A stretch of 64,000 bases of DNA from NCBI GenBank assembly GCA_963675755.2, contig CAXXMD010000003.1, positions 3,040,001 to 3,104,000 on the forward strand. The letters run 5' to 3'. This document shows, piece by piece, positions 30,185 to 40,569 of this stretch (its first letter is position 1; each line of letters starts with the position of its first letter). Under the pieces are notes generated by a model. That model was given only the letters and a program-made list of their open reading frames with translations. It was not told the origin of the DNA and did no database searches. The DNA is from a bacterium. GTDB lineage: Bacteria; Zhuqueibacterota; Zhuqueibacteria; Residuimicrobiales; Krinioviventaceae. Made by a program: the position numbers and the translations under genes.

Positions 30185-30358
30185 TTAGGATTTTATATTC
30201 TTGTCATTTTCCGGATGATCGTGAGAATCCAGAAATATACGATACCAGCAGCCTTTACACATCAAGGCCCGATCAACCCGTAACAAGACTTGTTCCCAGG
30301 GTGAAAGTTTTCGCCCACAATGGGGACATGTTTCAGGCACTTTTTCTTGTGTATTCAC
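30185..30358 (-). CDS. Small zinc-ribbon protein (about 57 aa)
   Basis: CPHC...CKGC pair. GTG start right after the upstream stop; the ORF fills the gap between two operon genes. Confidence 0.6.
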   Translation of the reverse strand: MNTQEKVPETCPHCGRKLSPWEQVLLRVDRALMCKGCWYRIFLDSHDHPENDKNIKS

Positions 30359-30359
30359 G

Positions 30360-33353
30360 TTAAATTCCCGGTTTAATAATAACACCACGGCTTTCATGCC
30401 CGTTCATTCTGACGGAGAACGGCTTGTCAAAGCTCAGGTGCTTTGTATATTGTTTTTGCTCTACAATGTTTTGTTGGTTTAACCAATCCCAATCTAAAAA
30501 GCAGTTATTGTTTTGATGATCAATGGTAAAATATCCTACCATAAAAGAGTTCAGGTTCTGAAAAAAGTGAGAACCTTGCGATGGAGTTACATCAATATCT
30601 TTAAATTTAGCTTCAATAATTACTCTGGCGCCTGATATCTGGTCCCACCTGACAGGTATACCCAACCAGGGATCCATACTGCCCCAACGACCAACACCAA
30701 TCAGCAGATAATGCCGATTTTGATCTACCAGTTTTGAATTAAAATAACTGACTTCCTGAGCAACCTGAACACTTGCAGCCCTTTCAAAGATATCTCTGTC
30801 TACCATTATGATATCCTGCAAATGCTCAATAACGCCATTGCCCATGACCTTGGCACTTTTACAGATCATTTCAGTATCCTGGTATTGATCTATATTTAAT
30901 ACTTCCAGTTCCCGGTTCAATACCATGGGGCGCATTTGCAATATGCCAAATTCTTTTTTATCTTTTTGAGATAGATTCACTGCATACTCTATTTCCACCG
31001 GAGTACCCATACCCCAGCGTCCCATATCCAGAATCAGATCAAGAATCTCGGGCAGAGGGAATGTCTTGAATTTCAACAGGGGAGCGAGCGTGATTAACCG
31101 GACTCCTGGTTTTGAAGTGCCGTCATAAATAATGTCATTTTCTTGAGAATAGGTTGAAGCCAGTTGGTTCAAGGTCCCGTCTTGTTCTGCCACAGACAAT
31201 GGGTAGCTTTTAATATGGCTGTCTTCAATGTCTTCAGGATTTTCAGGCTCTTTTGAGAGATCGAGTGCGAAAAATTCGGTTTGTGAATTTTTTACAATGT
31301 ATTTAGGCGCATTGAGTGGGTCCTGACGAGACGGATATTTGGGGCAAAATCTAGCCGCTGTACCACCTTCTACAACTGTTTTGCCCAAACCCAGTGCCGC
31401 GGATGCAATTCCGTCATTGGGCTTTTGTGGTGGCAGTGGATAAAAGTTATAAGACCTGGCAACACCAGCAAAATCAGGATAAAAACGATCATTGTGCCTT
31501 GAGCCTATCATACTTTGAATAATTACAGCCATTTTTTCTTCTTCAAGCCTATATGCAGTTGCTTTGATATAGTTCTTGGCAGCCTGTAAAAAGGTTGAAG
31601 CATAAACCTTTTTGACGGCCCTAAGCAGGTTTGCCAACCGTATTAATGGATCAGGGTGGCTGTTTGGCAGCATATATGTATTATAAACTCCTGCAAAGGG
31701 TTGGTTGTGCGAATCTTCCAATAAACTGGATGATCGTATTGCCAGCGGAGTGTTCACCAGATCCAGAAATGCGATAAGTTCGCCTAAAATTTCTTCAGGA
31801 AAACGTCTGGTTTGTAGAAAACGGTGCATGATTTCCTGATCGTCATGAGTGGATAAAGCAAATGCATGTAGATCGTTTTCATGAAGAAATTCATCAAAAA
31901 CATCCGTACCAATAACAATTGCCGGGGGAATGCTTATTTTTACACCCGGAAACTGGTTGTGGATATTGTAATTGTTGATGAGTATATTTACAAAACTCAG
32001 ACCACGCGCCTTGCCTCCCAGAGAGCCTCCACCAATTCTTGATATGCTGGAATATGGATCATAAGTCTCTTTTTTGAAATCTGTTATAATGCCTTGTTGG
32101 CGTATTTTTCGATATTCTTTCAACGACGCAATTAAATCTTGACGGGCGTTTTCAACATCCGGGAAATCTGTGATTTTGCGTGGACGCAGCTGGTGCGCAA
32201 GCCAGAATTCAGTTCTGGCTTTTAACCAGTTTGAAAAATGATTACGTGCAGCATGGTACAGAATACTTTCGGCAGGTACCGACCTTAATTGTTCTTCAAG
32301 AGAAATTAGATCATTCGCGCGGCCTACTTCAGCACCTTCTTTGGTGTAAAAAACAAAATCTCCAAAACAGAGGTTGTTAATCATAAAGTGCTGCAATTCG
32401 TGCAGCAGAGTAGGCGAGTTTTTCAAAACAAATGAAGCTCCAATGGAATGGGCTTCTTTTTCGTTATCAATATTGTTTGAATTCAATAATACCGGTATAT
32501 CAGGATGGCTGTTTAATACGTATTTTGCGAATTCAAGCCCGGCTCTGGCGTCCATAGCATTGTTGCGTGGGAATTCAATATCTGAAATAACACCCAGAAT
32601 GGTTTCATTGTAATTATCGTAATACGATTTTGCTTCTTCATAGGTTTTACATAAAAGTATTTTGGGCCGTGCCCGCTGTCGCAGTTGCTTGTGAGATAAA
32701 TTAATACCTTCAGAGATCAGGCGCTGTGATTGGCGCATGGTCTCTAGATAGATCATGGGCAGGAAGGAGGAATAATACCTTACATTATCCTCTATTACTA
32801 TAATTGATTGTACACCAACCAGATTTGTATCATGATCTACGTTTAATTTATCTTCCAGATGTTTAATAATAGCAAGTAAAAGTCTAAAATCTCCCTGCCA
32901 GATAAAGATTTGGTCAAAAACTGATGAATCCTGGTGCAAGAGCAAGTCAGACAATTCCCGATTATCGAACGCAAGCAGTACAATTGGTATACCAATATCC
33001 AGAGATTTTACCTTTTCTGCAAAATTGGAAACCCGCATATCTTCAATATGCAAAGTAGTCAAAATAAGGTCGAACCTGCGTTCTTCCTGTATGATTGCCA
33101 GGGCTTCTTTACCGCTCGATACCCGGGTCAACTCGGGCGAGTGACTTAAATTTAATCCCTGGTATTTCTCACGGATCAATTCATATAATCTGCCGTCTTC
33201 TTCGAAAACATAGAGATCATACAAGCTGGATACCAGTAGAATATCTCTGATACGCAATCGCATAAGATTTTGGAACCCTTGAAATCGGGTTCCATACCCA
33301 TGCTCGACCCATAACGGGTCGGCATGGGGCAGAACTTTGATATTAGATGACAT
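30360..33353 (-). CDS. Receiver-like domains fused to a PEP-synthase/PPDK N-terminal (ATP-grasp) domain
   Basis: ILLVSSLYD and IIVIEDN...ISDIEFP receiver-like segments; GGKARGL, AIRSSSLLED...FAG, VEIEYA, LQMRPM. No phospho-His or C-terminal PEP-binding domain is evident. Confidence 0.88.
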   Translation of the reverse strand: MSSNIKVLPHADPLWVEHGYGTRFQGFQNLMRLRIRDILLVSSLYDLYVFEEDGRLYELIREKYQGLNLSHSPELTRVSSGKEALAIIQEERRFDLILTTLHIEDMRVSNFAEKVKSLDIGIPIVLLAFDNRELSDLLLHQDSSVFDQIFIWQGDFRLLLAIIKHLEDKLNVDHDTNLVGVQSIIVIEDNVRYYSSFLPMIYLETMRQSQRLISEGINLSHKQLRQRARPKILLCKTYEEAKSYYDNYNETILGVISDIEFPRNNAMDARAGLEFAKYVLNSHPDIPVLLNSNNIDNEKEAHSIGASFVLKNSPTLLHELQHFMINNLCFGDFVFYTKEGAEVGRANDLISLEEQLRSVPAESILYHAARNHFSNWLKARTEFWLAHQLRPRKITDFPDVENARQDLIASLKEYRKIRQQGIITDFKKETYDPYSSISRIGGGSLGGKARGLSFVNILINNYNIHNQFPGVKISIPPAIVIGTDVFDEFLHENDLHAFALSTHDDQEIMHRFLQTRRFPEEILGELIAFLDLVNTPLAIRSSSLLEDSHNQPFAGVYNTYMLPNSHPDPLIRLANLLRAVKKVYASTFLQAAKNYIKATAYRLEEEKMAVIIQSMIGSRHNDRFYPDFAGVARSYNFYPLPPQKPNDGIASAALGLGKTVVEGGTAARFCPKYPSRQDPLNAPKYIVKNSQTEFFALDLSKEPENPEDIEDSHIKSYPLSVAEQDGTLNQLASTYSQENDIIYDGTSKPGVRLITLAPLLKFKTFPLPEILDLILDMGRWGMGTPVEIEYAVNLSQKDKKEFGILQMRPMVLNRELEVLNIDQYQDTEMICKSAKVMGNGVIEHLQDIIMVDRDIFERAASVQVAQEVSYFNSKLVDQNRHYLLIGVGRWGSMDPWLGIPVRWDQISGARVIIEAKFKDIDVTPSQGSHFFQNLNSFMVGYFTIDHQNNNCFLDWDWLNQQNIVEQKQYTKHLSFDKPFSVRMNGHESRGVIIKPGI

Positions 33354-33371
33354 AGTATCTTTCAATTCTTA

Positions 33372-34733
33372 TTATACAATACCCTGGTCAATCATTGCAT
33401 CCGCAACCTTGAGAAAACCACCAATATTTGCACCATTTACATAATTGCCAGGAGTGCCAAATCTTTCGGCAACATCAACACAGGTTTTATGGATATTTTT
33501 CATGATCATATGCAAACGTTCGTCCACTTCTTTGCGTGTCCAGGGGAGGCGCATCGAGTTTTGTGTCATTTCAAGTCCGGAAACAGCAACACCACCGGCA
33601 TTGGCAGCTTTACCCGGTGCATAGAGCGCGCCCGCATCCAAAAATACTTTGACGCCATCAATGGTTGTGGGCATGTTTGCACCTTCACTGATTACATCAA
33701 CACCGTTCTTGAGCAGGTTTTCAGCATCTTTTTTATTGATTTCATTTTGTGTTGCACTTGGGAAGGCACAATCTGCTTTATGGTCCCAAAGTGGGTTATA
33801 ATCCAGGTTGTGGTCCAGATCGGTATAAACCGCGGTTTTATATTTATCAGCATATTCTTTAATTCTGCCGCGTCGTTGGTTTTTGAGATCCATAACAAAT
33901 TCAAGTTTTTCGCTGTCAATTCCTGCTTCATCATAAATATAACCATTTGAATCAGAAAGTGTAACAACTTTGCCGCCCAGCGCGATTACTTTTTCAGTGG
34001 TATATTGAGCTACATTACCTGAACCTGAAACCAGACAGATCTTTCCTTCAAGTGTTTGTCCTTTGGTTTCAAGCATTTCTGCTGCCATGTATACTGCACC
34101 ATAACCGGTTGCTTCGGGTCTTATCAGAGAGCCACCCCAATTCAGGCCTTTACCTGTAAGTACACCGGTGAATTCATTTTTGAGTTTTTTATATTGGCCA
34201 AAAAGAAAACCGATCTCGCGTCCGCCAACTCCAATATCACCTGCTGGTACATCCGTGTTTGGGCCAATATGACGGTAAAGTTCACTCATAAAGCTCTGGC
34301 AAAAACGCATTACTTCATTATCACTCTTGCCTTTGGGATCAAAGTCAGAGCCACCTTTGCCACCACCCAGTGGAAGCGAGGTAAGACTGTTTTTAAATAC
34401 CTGTTCAAAAGCCAGAAATTTTAAAATACTTAGATTTACAGATGGATGGAACCGGAGTCCGCCTTTATATGGACCAATTGCACTGTTCATTTCAATTCTG
34501 AATCCCCGGTTTATTTGCACTTCTCCCTGATCATCTACCCAGGGAACGCGGAACATGAGAACACGTTCCGGTTCTATGATTCTTTCAAATATTTTTACAG
34601 ATCGGTATTCCGGATAACGGTCATATACCAGCGCTACAGATTCAGCTACTTCTTCCACAGCTTGTAAAAATTCACTTTCATGCGCGTTCTTTGCTTTTAC
34701 ATCGCTCATCAGGGAATTGATAAAATCCGACAT
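33372..34733 (-). CDS. gdhA: Glutamate dehydrogenase, GdhA (NADP-type clade)
   Basis: EFLQAVEEV, EPER, GPYKGGLRFHPSVN, GGGKGGSDFDP, RPEATGYG, SGSGNVA, EGANMP, ANAGGVAVSGLEM. Confidence 0.96.
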   Translation of the reverse strand: MSDFINSLMSDVKAKNAHESEFLQAVEEVAESVALVYDRYPEYRSVKIFERIIEPERVLMFRVPWVDDQGEVQINRGFRIEMNSAIGPYKGGLRFHPSVNLSILKFLAFEQVFKNSLTSLPLGGGKGGSDFDPKGKSDNEVMRFCQSFMSELYRHIGPNTDVPAGDIGVGGREIGFLFGQYKKLKNEFTGVLTGKGLNWGGSLIRPEATGYGAVYMAAEMLETKGQTLEGKICLVSGSGNVAQYTTEKVIALGGKVVTLSDSNGYIYDEAGIDSEKLEFVMDLKNQRRGRIKEYADKYKTAVYTDLDHNLDYNPLWDHKADCAFPSATQNEINKKDAENLLKNGVDVISEGANMPTTIDGVKVFLDAGALYAPGKAANAGGVAVSGLEMTQNSMRLPWTRKEVDERLHMIMKNIHKTCVDVAERFGTPGNYVNGANIGGFLKVADAMIDQGIV

Positions 34734-35009
34734 GATAACCTCTTTATTATAATTTTCAAGATTTTTAGGAAAAGATGCAGAATATCATGTGGATTTACGG
34801 GAAAGATAAATTCAGCAGGGTACACTCTAATTGTGGATATATTAGAACCATAGCACCTGTTTTTAGTAACTACCTCGGTAGAGTATACAAAATTTATCAT
34901 TTCCTTGCAACCTTTTTTTGATTTTGTATGCAGTGAATTCAAATTTATTGTTTGCAACATTGTTTTAAATCTGTTACTTTAAAAGAAAATTATAATAAAA
35001 GGAGGGCCC

Positions 35010-36584
35010 ATGAAGAACCTGTTTGCGGGAATAGATAGCTCTACCCAGAGTACCAAATTACTTGTACTGGATCTTGATGAGAATAAAGTTGTACATGTGG
35101 ATGCAGTGAATTATGATAATGATTTACCTCAATATAATACCCGAAATGGTGTTGTTGTCAGTCAAACTGAAGGTGCATCCGAATCGGATCCCATGATGTG
35201 GGTAGAAGCTTTGAATATATTATTCGCGCGTTTACAGAAATCTAATGTTCCTCAACAAAATATTAAAGCGATCGCTGTTTCAGGGCAGCAACATGGTTTG
35301 GTTACCCTGGATGCAGAGGGTAACCTTACACGAAAAACCAGTAAATTGTGGAATGATTTCAGCACTCAGCAGGAATGTGATCTAATGACAAAAGCCGTCG
35401 GCGGGTTGGATGCCATGATTGAAGAGGTTGGTAACAGTCAACGCACGGGTTATACGGCAGCAAAGATTTTTCATATGGTTCGTAACGAACCGGAAGCTTT
35501 TGCAAAAACCACTACCTGTTTTCTGGTTCACAATTTTATCAACTGGTATCTCACAGGAGGCAAAGATGGTGGCGTTCGGGTGATGGAACCGGGAGATACT
35601 TCCGGAATGGCATTGTGGGACCCTAAAACCGGCAAATGGTCTGATAAAGTAATGAATGCCATTTCACCGGATTTAAAAAATAAAATTCCAGCTCTTGAAC
35701 CTGCTGATAAATCTATTGGATTTATTGGAAAAACACTTGCTGAGCAATATGGCTTTGATCCGGAATGCCGGATTGATGCCGGTTGTGGAGACAATATGTA
35801 TGGCGCGGTGGGCACCGGTAATGTAGAGCCGGGTATTGTAACGATCAGCCTGGGAACAAGTGGAACCGCTTATACCTTCCTGGATGAACCTTATATTGAT
35901 CCTACCGGTGAAATAGCAGCCTTTTGTGACAGCACCGGGCACTATTTACCTTTGTTATGTGTATCTAATCTGGCGAATGGATACAACGCAATTATTGACC
36001 AATTTAAATTAAGTCATAAAGAATTTGTAGATATTGTAAAAACGGTTCCGGTTGGAAATGAAGGGCGTATGCTGATTCCCTGGTATATGGGCGAACGTAC
36101 TCCGGATGTACCTCAGGCAAGTCCGGTTTATTTTGGTTTTGATTTAGATGATTTTACCAGAGAAAAATTGTGCAGAGCCGTATTAGAGGGGCATATATTA
36201 AATCTTTACGACGGTTTTAGAAAAATGCCGGTCAAGGCAAAAGAAATTCGGGTAACCGGAGGACTTGCTCAATCCGAAGCCTGGGTACAAACGATTGCAG
36301 ATGTATTTGAAGCAGAAGCTGTACCAGTTGAAGGTGAAGGTGCGGCATTGGGTGCAGCATTGCATGCAGCATGGGTATATGATAAGGAAAATGGTGGAAA
36401 TGCTTCTTTGAAAGATATAACAGAACCTTTTGTAATATTACGTGAAGAAAGACGCTGCAAACCTGTTCCTGAAAATGTGGATGTTTTTAGAGTACAAAAA
36501 TCCATGTTTTCTGCTCTAAGTCAACGTGTCAGGGGACACAATTCTAATGATGATCCTTTTGCTTTGCGAGCAAAATTGTTATAA
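35010..36584 (+). CDS. FGGY carbohydrate kinase, xylulokinase-like
   Basis: GIDSSTQSTK, SGQQHG, KLWND, GCGDN, SLGTSGT, GERTP, RAVLEG, AALGAA. Confidence 0.88.
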   Translation: MKNLFAGIDSSTQSTKLLVLDLDENKVVHVDAVNYDNDLPQYNTRNGVVVSQTEGASESDPMMWVEALNILFARLQKSNVPQQNIKAIAVSGQQHGLVTLDAEGNLTRKTSKLWNDFSTQQECDLMTKAVGGLDAMIEEVGNSQRTGYTAAKIFHMVRNEPEAFAKTTTCFLVHNFINWYLTGGKDGGVRVMEPGDTSGMALWDPKTGKWSDKVMNAISPDLKNKIPALEPADKSIGFIGKTLAEQYGFDPECRIDAGCGDNMYGAVGTGNVEPGIVTISLGTSGTAYTFLDEPYIDPTGEIAAFCDSTGHYLPLLCVSNLANGYNAIIDQFKLSHKEFVDIVKTVPVGNEGRMLIPWYMGERTPDVPQASPVYFGFDLDDFTREKLCRAVLEGHILNLYDGFRKMPVKAKEIRVTGGLAQSEAWVQTIADVFEAEAVPVEGEGAALGAALHAAWVYDKENGGNASLKDITEPFVILREERRCKPVPENVDVFRVQKSMFSALSQRVRGHNSNDDPFALRAKLL

Positions 36585-36591
36585 AAATCCA

Positions 36592-36617
36592 TTCCCCCGG
36601 TAAGCCGGGGGAGTTTT
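36592..36617 (+). terminator. Intrinsic terminator
   Basis: TTCCCCCGG-TAAG-CCGGGGGAG-TTTT. Confidence 0.75.
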
Positions 36618-36749
36618 CCTTTCAAGAAATAATAATTATTTGTATATTGTTGAAAATAAAAAGTGGTTAAATGTTCATTAGTTTATACCTTTGGGCTGAT
36701 ACTGCATTAAAATTTGGTTATAATCCATTCATATAAAAAGGAGATTTAC

Positions 36750-37214
36750 ATGCAAGTTGCAAAAGACATGGTTGTTGCCATGCATTATACATTGGTATTA
36801 GAGAATGGTGAAATTGCAGATACTTCAGCAGACCGTGAACCGCTGAGTTTCATTTGTGGTCACAGTCAGATTATTCCTGGATTGGAAAACGAATTGATGG
36901 GAATGACTGTTGGTGATAAAAAAACTGTCAAAGTTGCGCCAAAAGATGCTTATGGTGAATATGATGAAAGTCTGTTACAACGCGCTCCCAGAGAACAAAT
37001 CCCTGAAAATATAGAGTTGAAAGAAGGTTTGGTATTACGTGCAAATAGTGAAGATGGTCAAATAATGGAATTTGTTGTAAAATCCTTTGATGAAAAAGAA
37101 GTTGTTTTTGATTTGAACCATCCTCTGGCAGGCGAAACACTGACTTTTGAGACTGAAATTATGGAAGTACGAGCAGCAAGTCCTGAAGAAATTGATCATG
37201 GACATGTTCATTAA
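36750..37214 (+). CDS. slyD: FKBP-type peptidyl-prolyl isomerase SlyD
   Basis: IIPGLE, AYGE, DLNHPLAGETLTF, EEIDHGHVH. ATG follows AGGAG. Confidence 0.92.
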   Translation: MQVAKDMVVAMHYTLVLENGEIADTSADREPLSFICGHSQIIPGLENELMGMTVGDKKTVKVAPKDAYGEYDESLLQRAPREQIPENIELKEGLVLRANSEDGQIMEFVVKSFDEKEVVFDLNHPLAGETLTFETEIMEVRAASPEEIDHGHVH

Positions 37215-37224
37215 GATTATTTAT

Positions 37225-37259
37225 AAAGGCCGTCAGCAAATTGGAGACGGCCTTTTTTT
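37225..37259. terminator. Terminator between convergent genes
   Basis: AAAGGCCGTC-loop-GACGGCCTTTTTTT. Confidence 0.85.
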
Positions 37260-37262
37260 ATT

Positions 37263-39836
37263 TTAATCATTACTTGCTTGATAATTGGGGTGTTCTATAG
37301 TAATTCCTACTTTTTTTGTATATTCTTGTCCGCTGTTCAAATCTTTTATATTGATGATTAAATCATAAATACCAGTTTCCTGTTTTCCCACAGCCAGATT
37401 GAGATATATGCTTTCATCTCGACTTATACCTTGATAGTCAAATGCCGTTCCGGTTTGCCCGTCTTTTCCCAGCAGACTTTTAAAAAATCCATACAGTTTC
37501 TGTTCTTTAAGGTTTTCTATGGGACCAGCTGGTTTCAAGCTGCATTCTACATTGAAATGAGTTTTAAATTCATTGTTGAGAATTAAATTGTATATTTCAA
37601 AATAGATACCAATTGTAGCATTTGATGGATAAGCTGAAAACATGTGAGGTGTATAAGTGATATCATTTTTGGTGAATTTGGAATATTCGGTTTTTACTGT
37701 AATCGGATTGGATAAAATTACATCACTGGACAATAGTTGATTTGTATTATAGTTAACAATTTGAAGCGTGTCTCTATAAACACCGGTACGATGAGATAAA
37801 AGATCGGTGAATTGTAATTCATAAACATGAGAACCGGGTTTAATTGAAGTGCGGTCTAGTCTTACAGCTGAATTATATTTCCAGGCATCCGGTCTAACAT
37901 CTACCGGTACTTTTTCAGTTTTTTTGATTCTCACTGAAGGGTCCCAATTCCTGTCATACATACCTAAAAATGTTTTCAGATGCAATTCAGGGGGAGACTG
38001 GGAACGGTCCAGAACGGTTTGATTGCCTTCCAGTAGATAATAAAGCTCGAGATCGGTTTGATTGTTTTCACCTTTAAAACTTTTAAAGGTATAGGGAATG
38101 GTTAGTGGTTTTGAAATGTATCTATAATCAGAGCTTTCAGTTTGCAGTGCTGATTTTAGATCCTCAAGTGTTTCATTTTTGAATTCAACACACATACGTT
38201 TGACTTGTTCAATATCTGGCCTGTCCATAAAAGAGACTACACTTAATTGTCCGTATTTAGGATCAAGGTCTTCCCGGCCTGCCGGTGCATACGGTATGGC
38301 TTCTATAACCCATCCCAGAAATCCACCGTATTTTTTGAAATGGAAAATCATTTCGGGGCGGGTATCGGTTTTGAAATATTTCCAACTCAGGTTCATTGGA
38401 AGGTTATCAAAATATTCTTTACGATATAAACTTTCACCCAGGTCAGCTCTGGGAACACGTGGAGCACCAACTGCCATTTGGGCTTCGTCATCGGGTGATT
38501 CGTTCAGTCTTCTGGCAATTTCTCCTGAATTCGCGCTGATACCTCCAACGATGTGACGCATTGCTGCATCATATTCATCCTGTTTTTTTAGACGCCATGA
38601 AATATATTCTTCAGAAATAATATTTGGCATTCCATCCATTGATCTAGCCTGATCATCCGGGAATCCATGGCGTATAAAAATGAGCCCTAGATCGTCCAAA
38701 TCCCGTTCACTGTTGATGACAGCTTGAGGAAAACCTGCTGCTTCGAGCATTTTTGAACCCTGAATATTGTAATTGGCAAAAGGATGTAAATCCTGATAGG
38801 CTACTTCATTGAACCTGTTACTCAACATGTATCTGCGATAGTTTTTTTGAGCAAATGAAAGCCTGCGATAATGTTCTCCAATTCTTTCGTTTTCCAGAGT
38901 AGCATAATTGGGGTCCCGAACATTCCAAAAGCGTTTGTAAAAAATTGGCAGGTCCTGGAGACGGGTGTTTTGTAACTTGTCATGCTCTTTATCTGTTAAA
39001 AGGTAACTGAGATCTTTATAGACTTCAATTACTGTTGTGCTGTCTTGAAGGTTTTCAATAGCTTTCCAATAGTGTTTTAATCCCTTTGCATCATCCTGCA
39101 TATTGAAATAGTTTCTGGCTAAAAGCAGATCAAGCATACTTGTAGAATAATCCGGGAATTTTTTTTGAGTTTCTAATAACTGATCCAGACTGAGCTGGTA
39201 ATGTCCTGCAGCAAAATGGACATGAGCAAGGTTTAAATAATACTGGGGATTATCCGGATTTTTCTCTATCAAATAATTGATGGTTTCGATAATGTTTTCA
39301 TTATCTTGCATCCATAACGCTATTTCAAGGAATTGCTGGAAAATTTCCTGATTGTCAGGATTGTGTCGAATGGCTTTGTTGTATAATTTTAGGGTTTGTT
39401 CCGGCATATCTAATAGTTTATTGGCATTGCCTATTTCAAGCCATGCATCCGAAATAGTGGGATCATATATGACTGCTTTTTCAAAATAATCGCGGGCTTT
39501 GATAATGCGCTTGGGTCGATGTTTGTAGACCATACCCATTTGATAATATGCGCGTGCATATTCCCTGTCAAGTTGAGTCGTCTTTCGGAACTCGTTCAAA
39601 GCATCCCTGCCTGCGGGATTTTTTGAATAATAAACCATACCCATGCCATAATGCGCCTGTGCAATATCGTTATCCTTGTCCAGGATAGACTTGAACAGTT
39701 TTTCTGCTTCTTTTAATTCTTTTTTGTAGACATGTGTCATCCCCTGTTCGAATAATGGCTGCCACCAAAGATCAGCTTCTGATGCAGACAAAACTGTAGA
39801 CAAAATGATTACTGCCAAACCAGTAATATATTTCAA
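37263..39836 (-). CDS. Exported TPR protein with divergent GWxTD domain
   Basis: Signal peptide, multiple TPR-like helices, FWNVRDPNYATLENE...EHYRRL..A and DDLGLIFIRHGFPD (GWxTD-domain pattern), C-terminal IYFEIYNL beta domain. Confidence 0.8.
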   Translation of the reverse strand: MKYITGLAVIILSTVLSASEADLWWQPLFEQGMTHVYKKELKEAEKLFKSILDKDNDIAQAHYGMGMVYYSKNPAGRDALNEFRKTTQLDREYARAYYQMGMVYKHRPKRIIKARDYFEKAVIYDPTISDAWLEIGNANKLLDMPEQTLKLYNKAIRHNPDNQEIFQQFLEIALWMQDNENIIETINYLIEKNPDNPQYYLNLAHVHFAAGHYQLSLDQLLETQKKFPDYSTSMLDLLLARNYFNMQDDAKGLKHYWKAIENLQDSTTVIEVYKDLSYLLTDKEHDKLQNTRLQDLPIFYKRFWNVRDPNYATLENERIGEHYRRLSFAQKNYRRYMLSNRFNEVAYQDLHPFANYNIQGSKMLEAAGFPQAVINSERDLDDLGLIFIRHGFPDDQARSMDGMPNIISEEYISWRLKKQDEYDAAMRHIVGGISANSGEIARRLNESPDDEAQMAVGAPRVPRADLGESLYRKEYFDNLPMNLSWKYFKTDTRPEMIFHFKKYGGFLGWVIEAIPYAPAGREDLDPKYGQLSVVSFMDRPDIEQVKRMCVEFKNETLEDLKSALQTESSDYRYISKPLTIPYTFKSFKGENNQTDLELYYLLEGNQTVLDRSQSPPELHLKTFLGMYDRNWDPSVRIKKTEKVPVDVRPDAWKYNSAVRLDRTSIKPGSHVYELQFTDLLSHRTGVYRDTLQIVNYNTNQLLSSDVILSNPITVKTEYSKFTKNDITYTPHMFSAYPSNATIGIYFEIYNLILNNEFKTHFNVECSLKPAGPIENLKEQKLYGFFKSLLGKDGQTGTAFDYQGISRDESIYLNLAVGKQETGIYDLIINIKDLNSGQEYTKKVGITIEHPNYQASND

Positions 39837-39969
39837 TGTACTCTCCCCATTTGATTAGGTATTTTGAAATGTTGTTAATTGTACCCCAACTGATATTACA
39901 AAACAAGCCTTTTTAATTAATAAAAAAAAATTACCATTAATGCAAGAAATTAAAAAACTTTTTTTAATT

Positions 39970-40545
39970 TCAAGGAGTTGTGTATGATGGCTCTGTGGGT
40001 TCTGTGACGGCCATGTCACGTTCCCAACCACTGTATTGTAATACAAGGGATTCTATTGCAATTTCGTTTGAATTGGCATCAAACTCGGTTACTGGACTGT
40101 ATTGTGCCGGCCAGCAGTTATAAACCTTGAAGGCCATAACAGTTTGTCCTGCTTCATTCAGCAATTCAATTATTATATCTTTTTTATATTCAGCCTGGGG
40201 TGTACTTGAATTGTTATTCCAGACCTGGGTTGCCCATTGTTCAAAGGATGTATCATGAGTGCGGCCCCGCTCAAGTAAAAGAGGCTGAACAGTTGTTTTT
40301 CCCGGCACCTGTTTAACTGTACCGTTTTTGTCATTTCCTGATTTATAAACCATGATTTGAGTTTCCCGGTGCAAGCCACTGATATGGAAAATTCCGGGTA
40401 TATATTTTCCGTCCCATTTTACTCTGAATTTACTGCGATTATAAGGATTTGTTCGGTGTGTATTTACAGCAAACTCGATTGCAATTGATGAACCTGCTAT
40501 TATAAATATTAAAAAGATTATTGATACAATTCTATTTTTTTTCAT
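39970..40545 (-). CDS. Phage tail tube protein homologue (T4 gp19/eCIS Afp1-like) with N-terminal signal peptide
   Basis: NPYNRSKFRVKWDG, PGKT, LLERGRTHDTSFEQWA, KDIIIELLNEAG, VYNCWP, DANSNEIAIESL, GWERD, EPTEPS. Preceded by MKKNRIVSIIFLIFIIAGSSIA. Confidence 0.88.
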   Translation of the reverse strand: MKKNRIVSIIFLIFIIAGSSIAIEFAVNTHRTNPYNRSKFRVKWDGKYIPGIFHISGLHRETQIMVYKSGNDKNGTVKQVPGKTTVQPLLLERGRTHDTSFEQWATQVWNNNSSTPQAEYKKDIIIELLNEAGQTVMAFKVYNCWPAQYSPVTEFDANSNEIAIESLVLQYSGWERDMAVTEPTEPSYTTP

Positions 40546-40569
40546 AATGAACTCCTGATTTTCAATATA

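Noticed and set aside
34709-34960. 83-aa ORF or leader peptide upstream of gdhA
   Set aside because: No recognisable features or RBS, and it overlaps probable divergent promoter DNA. I could not match the region to a riboswitch.
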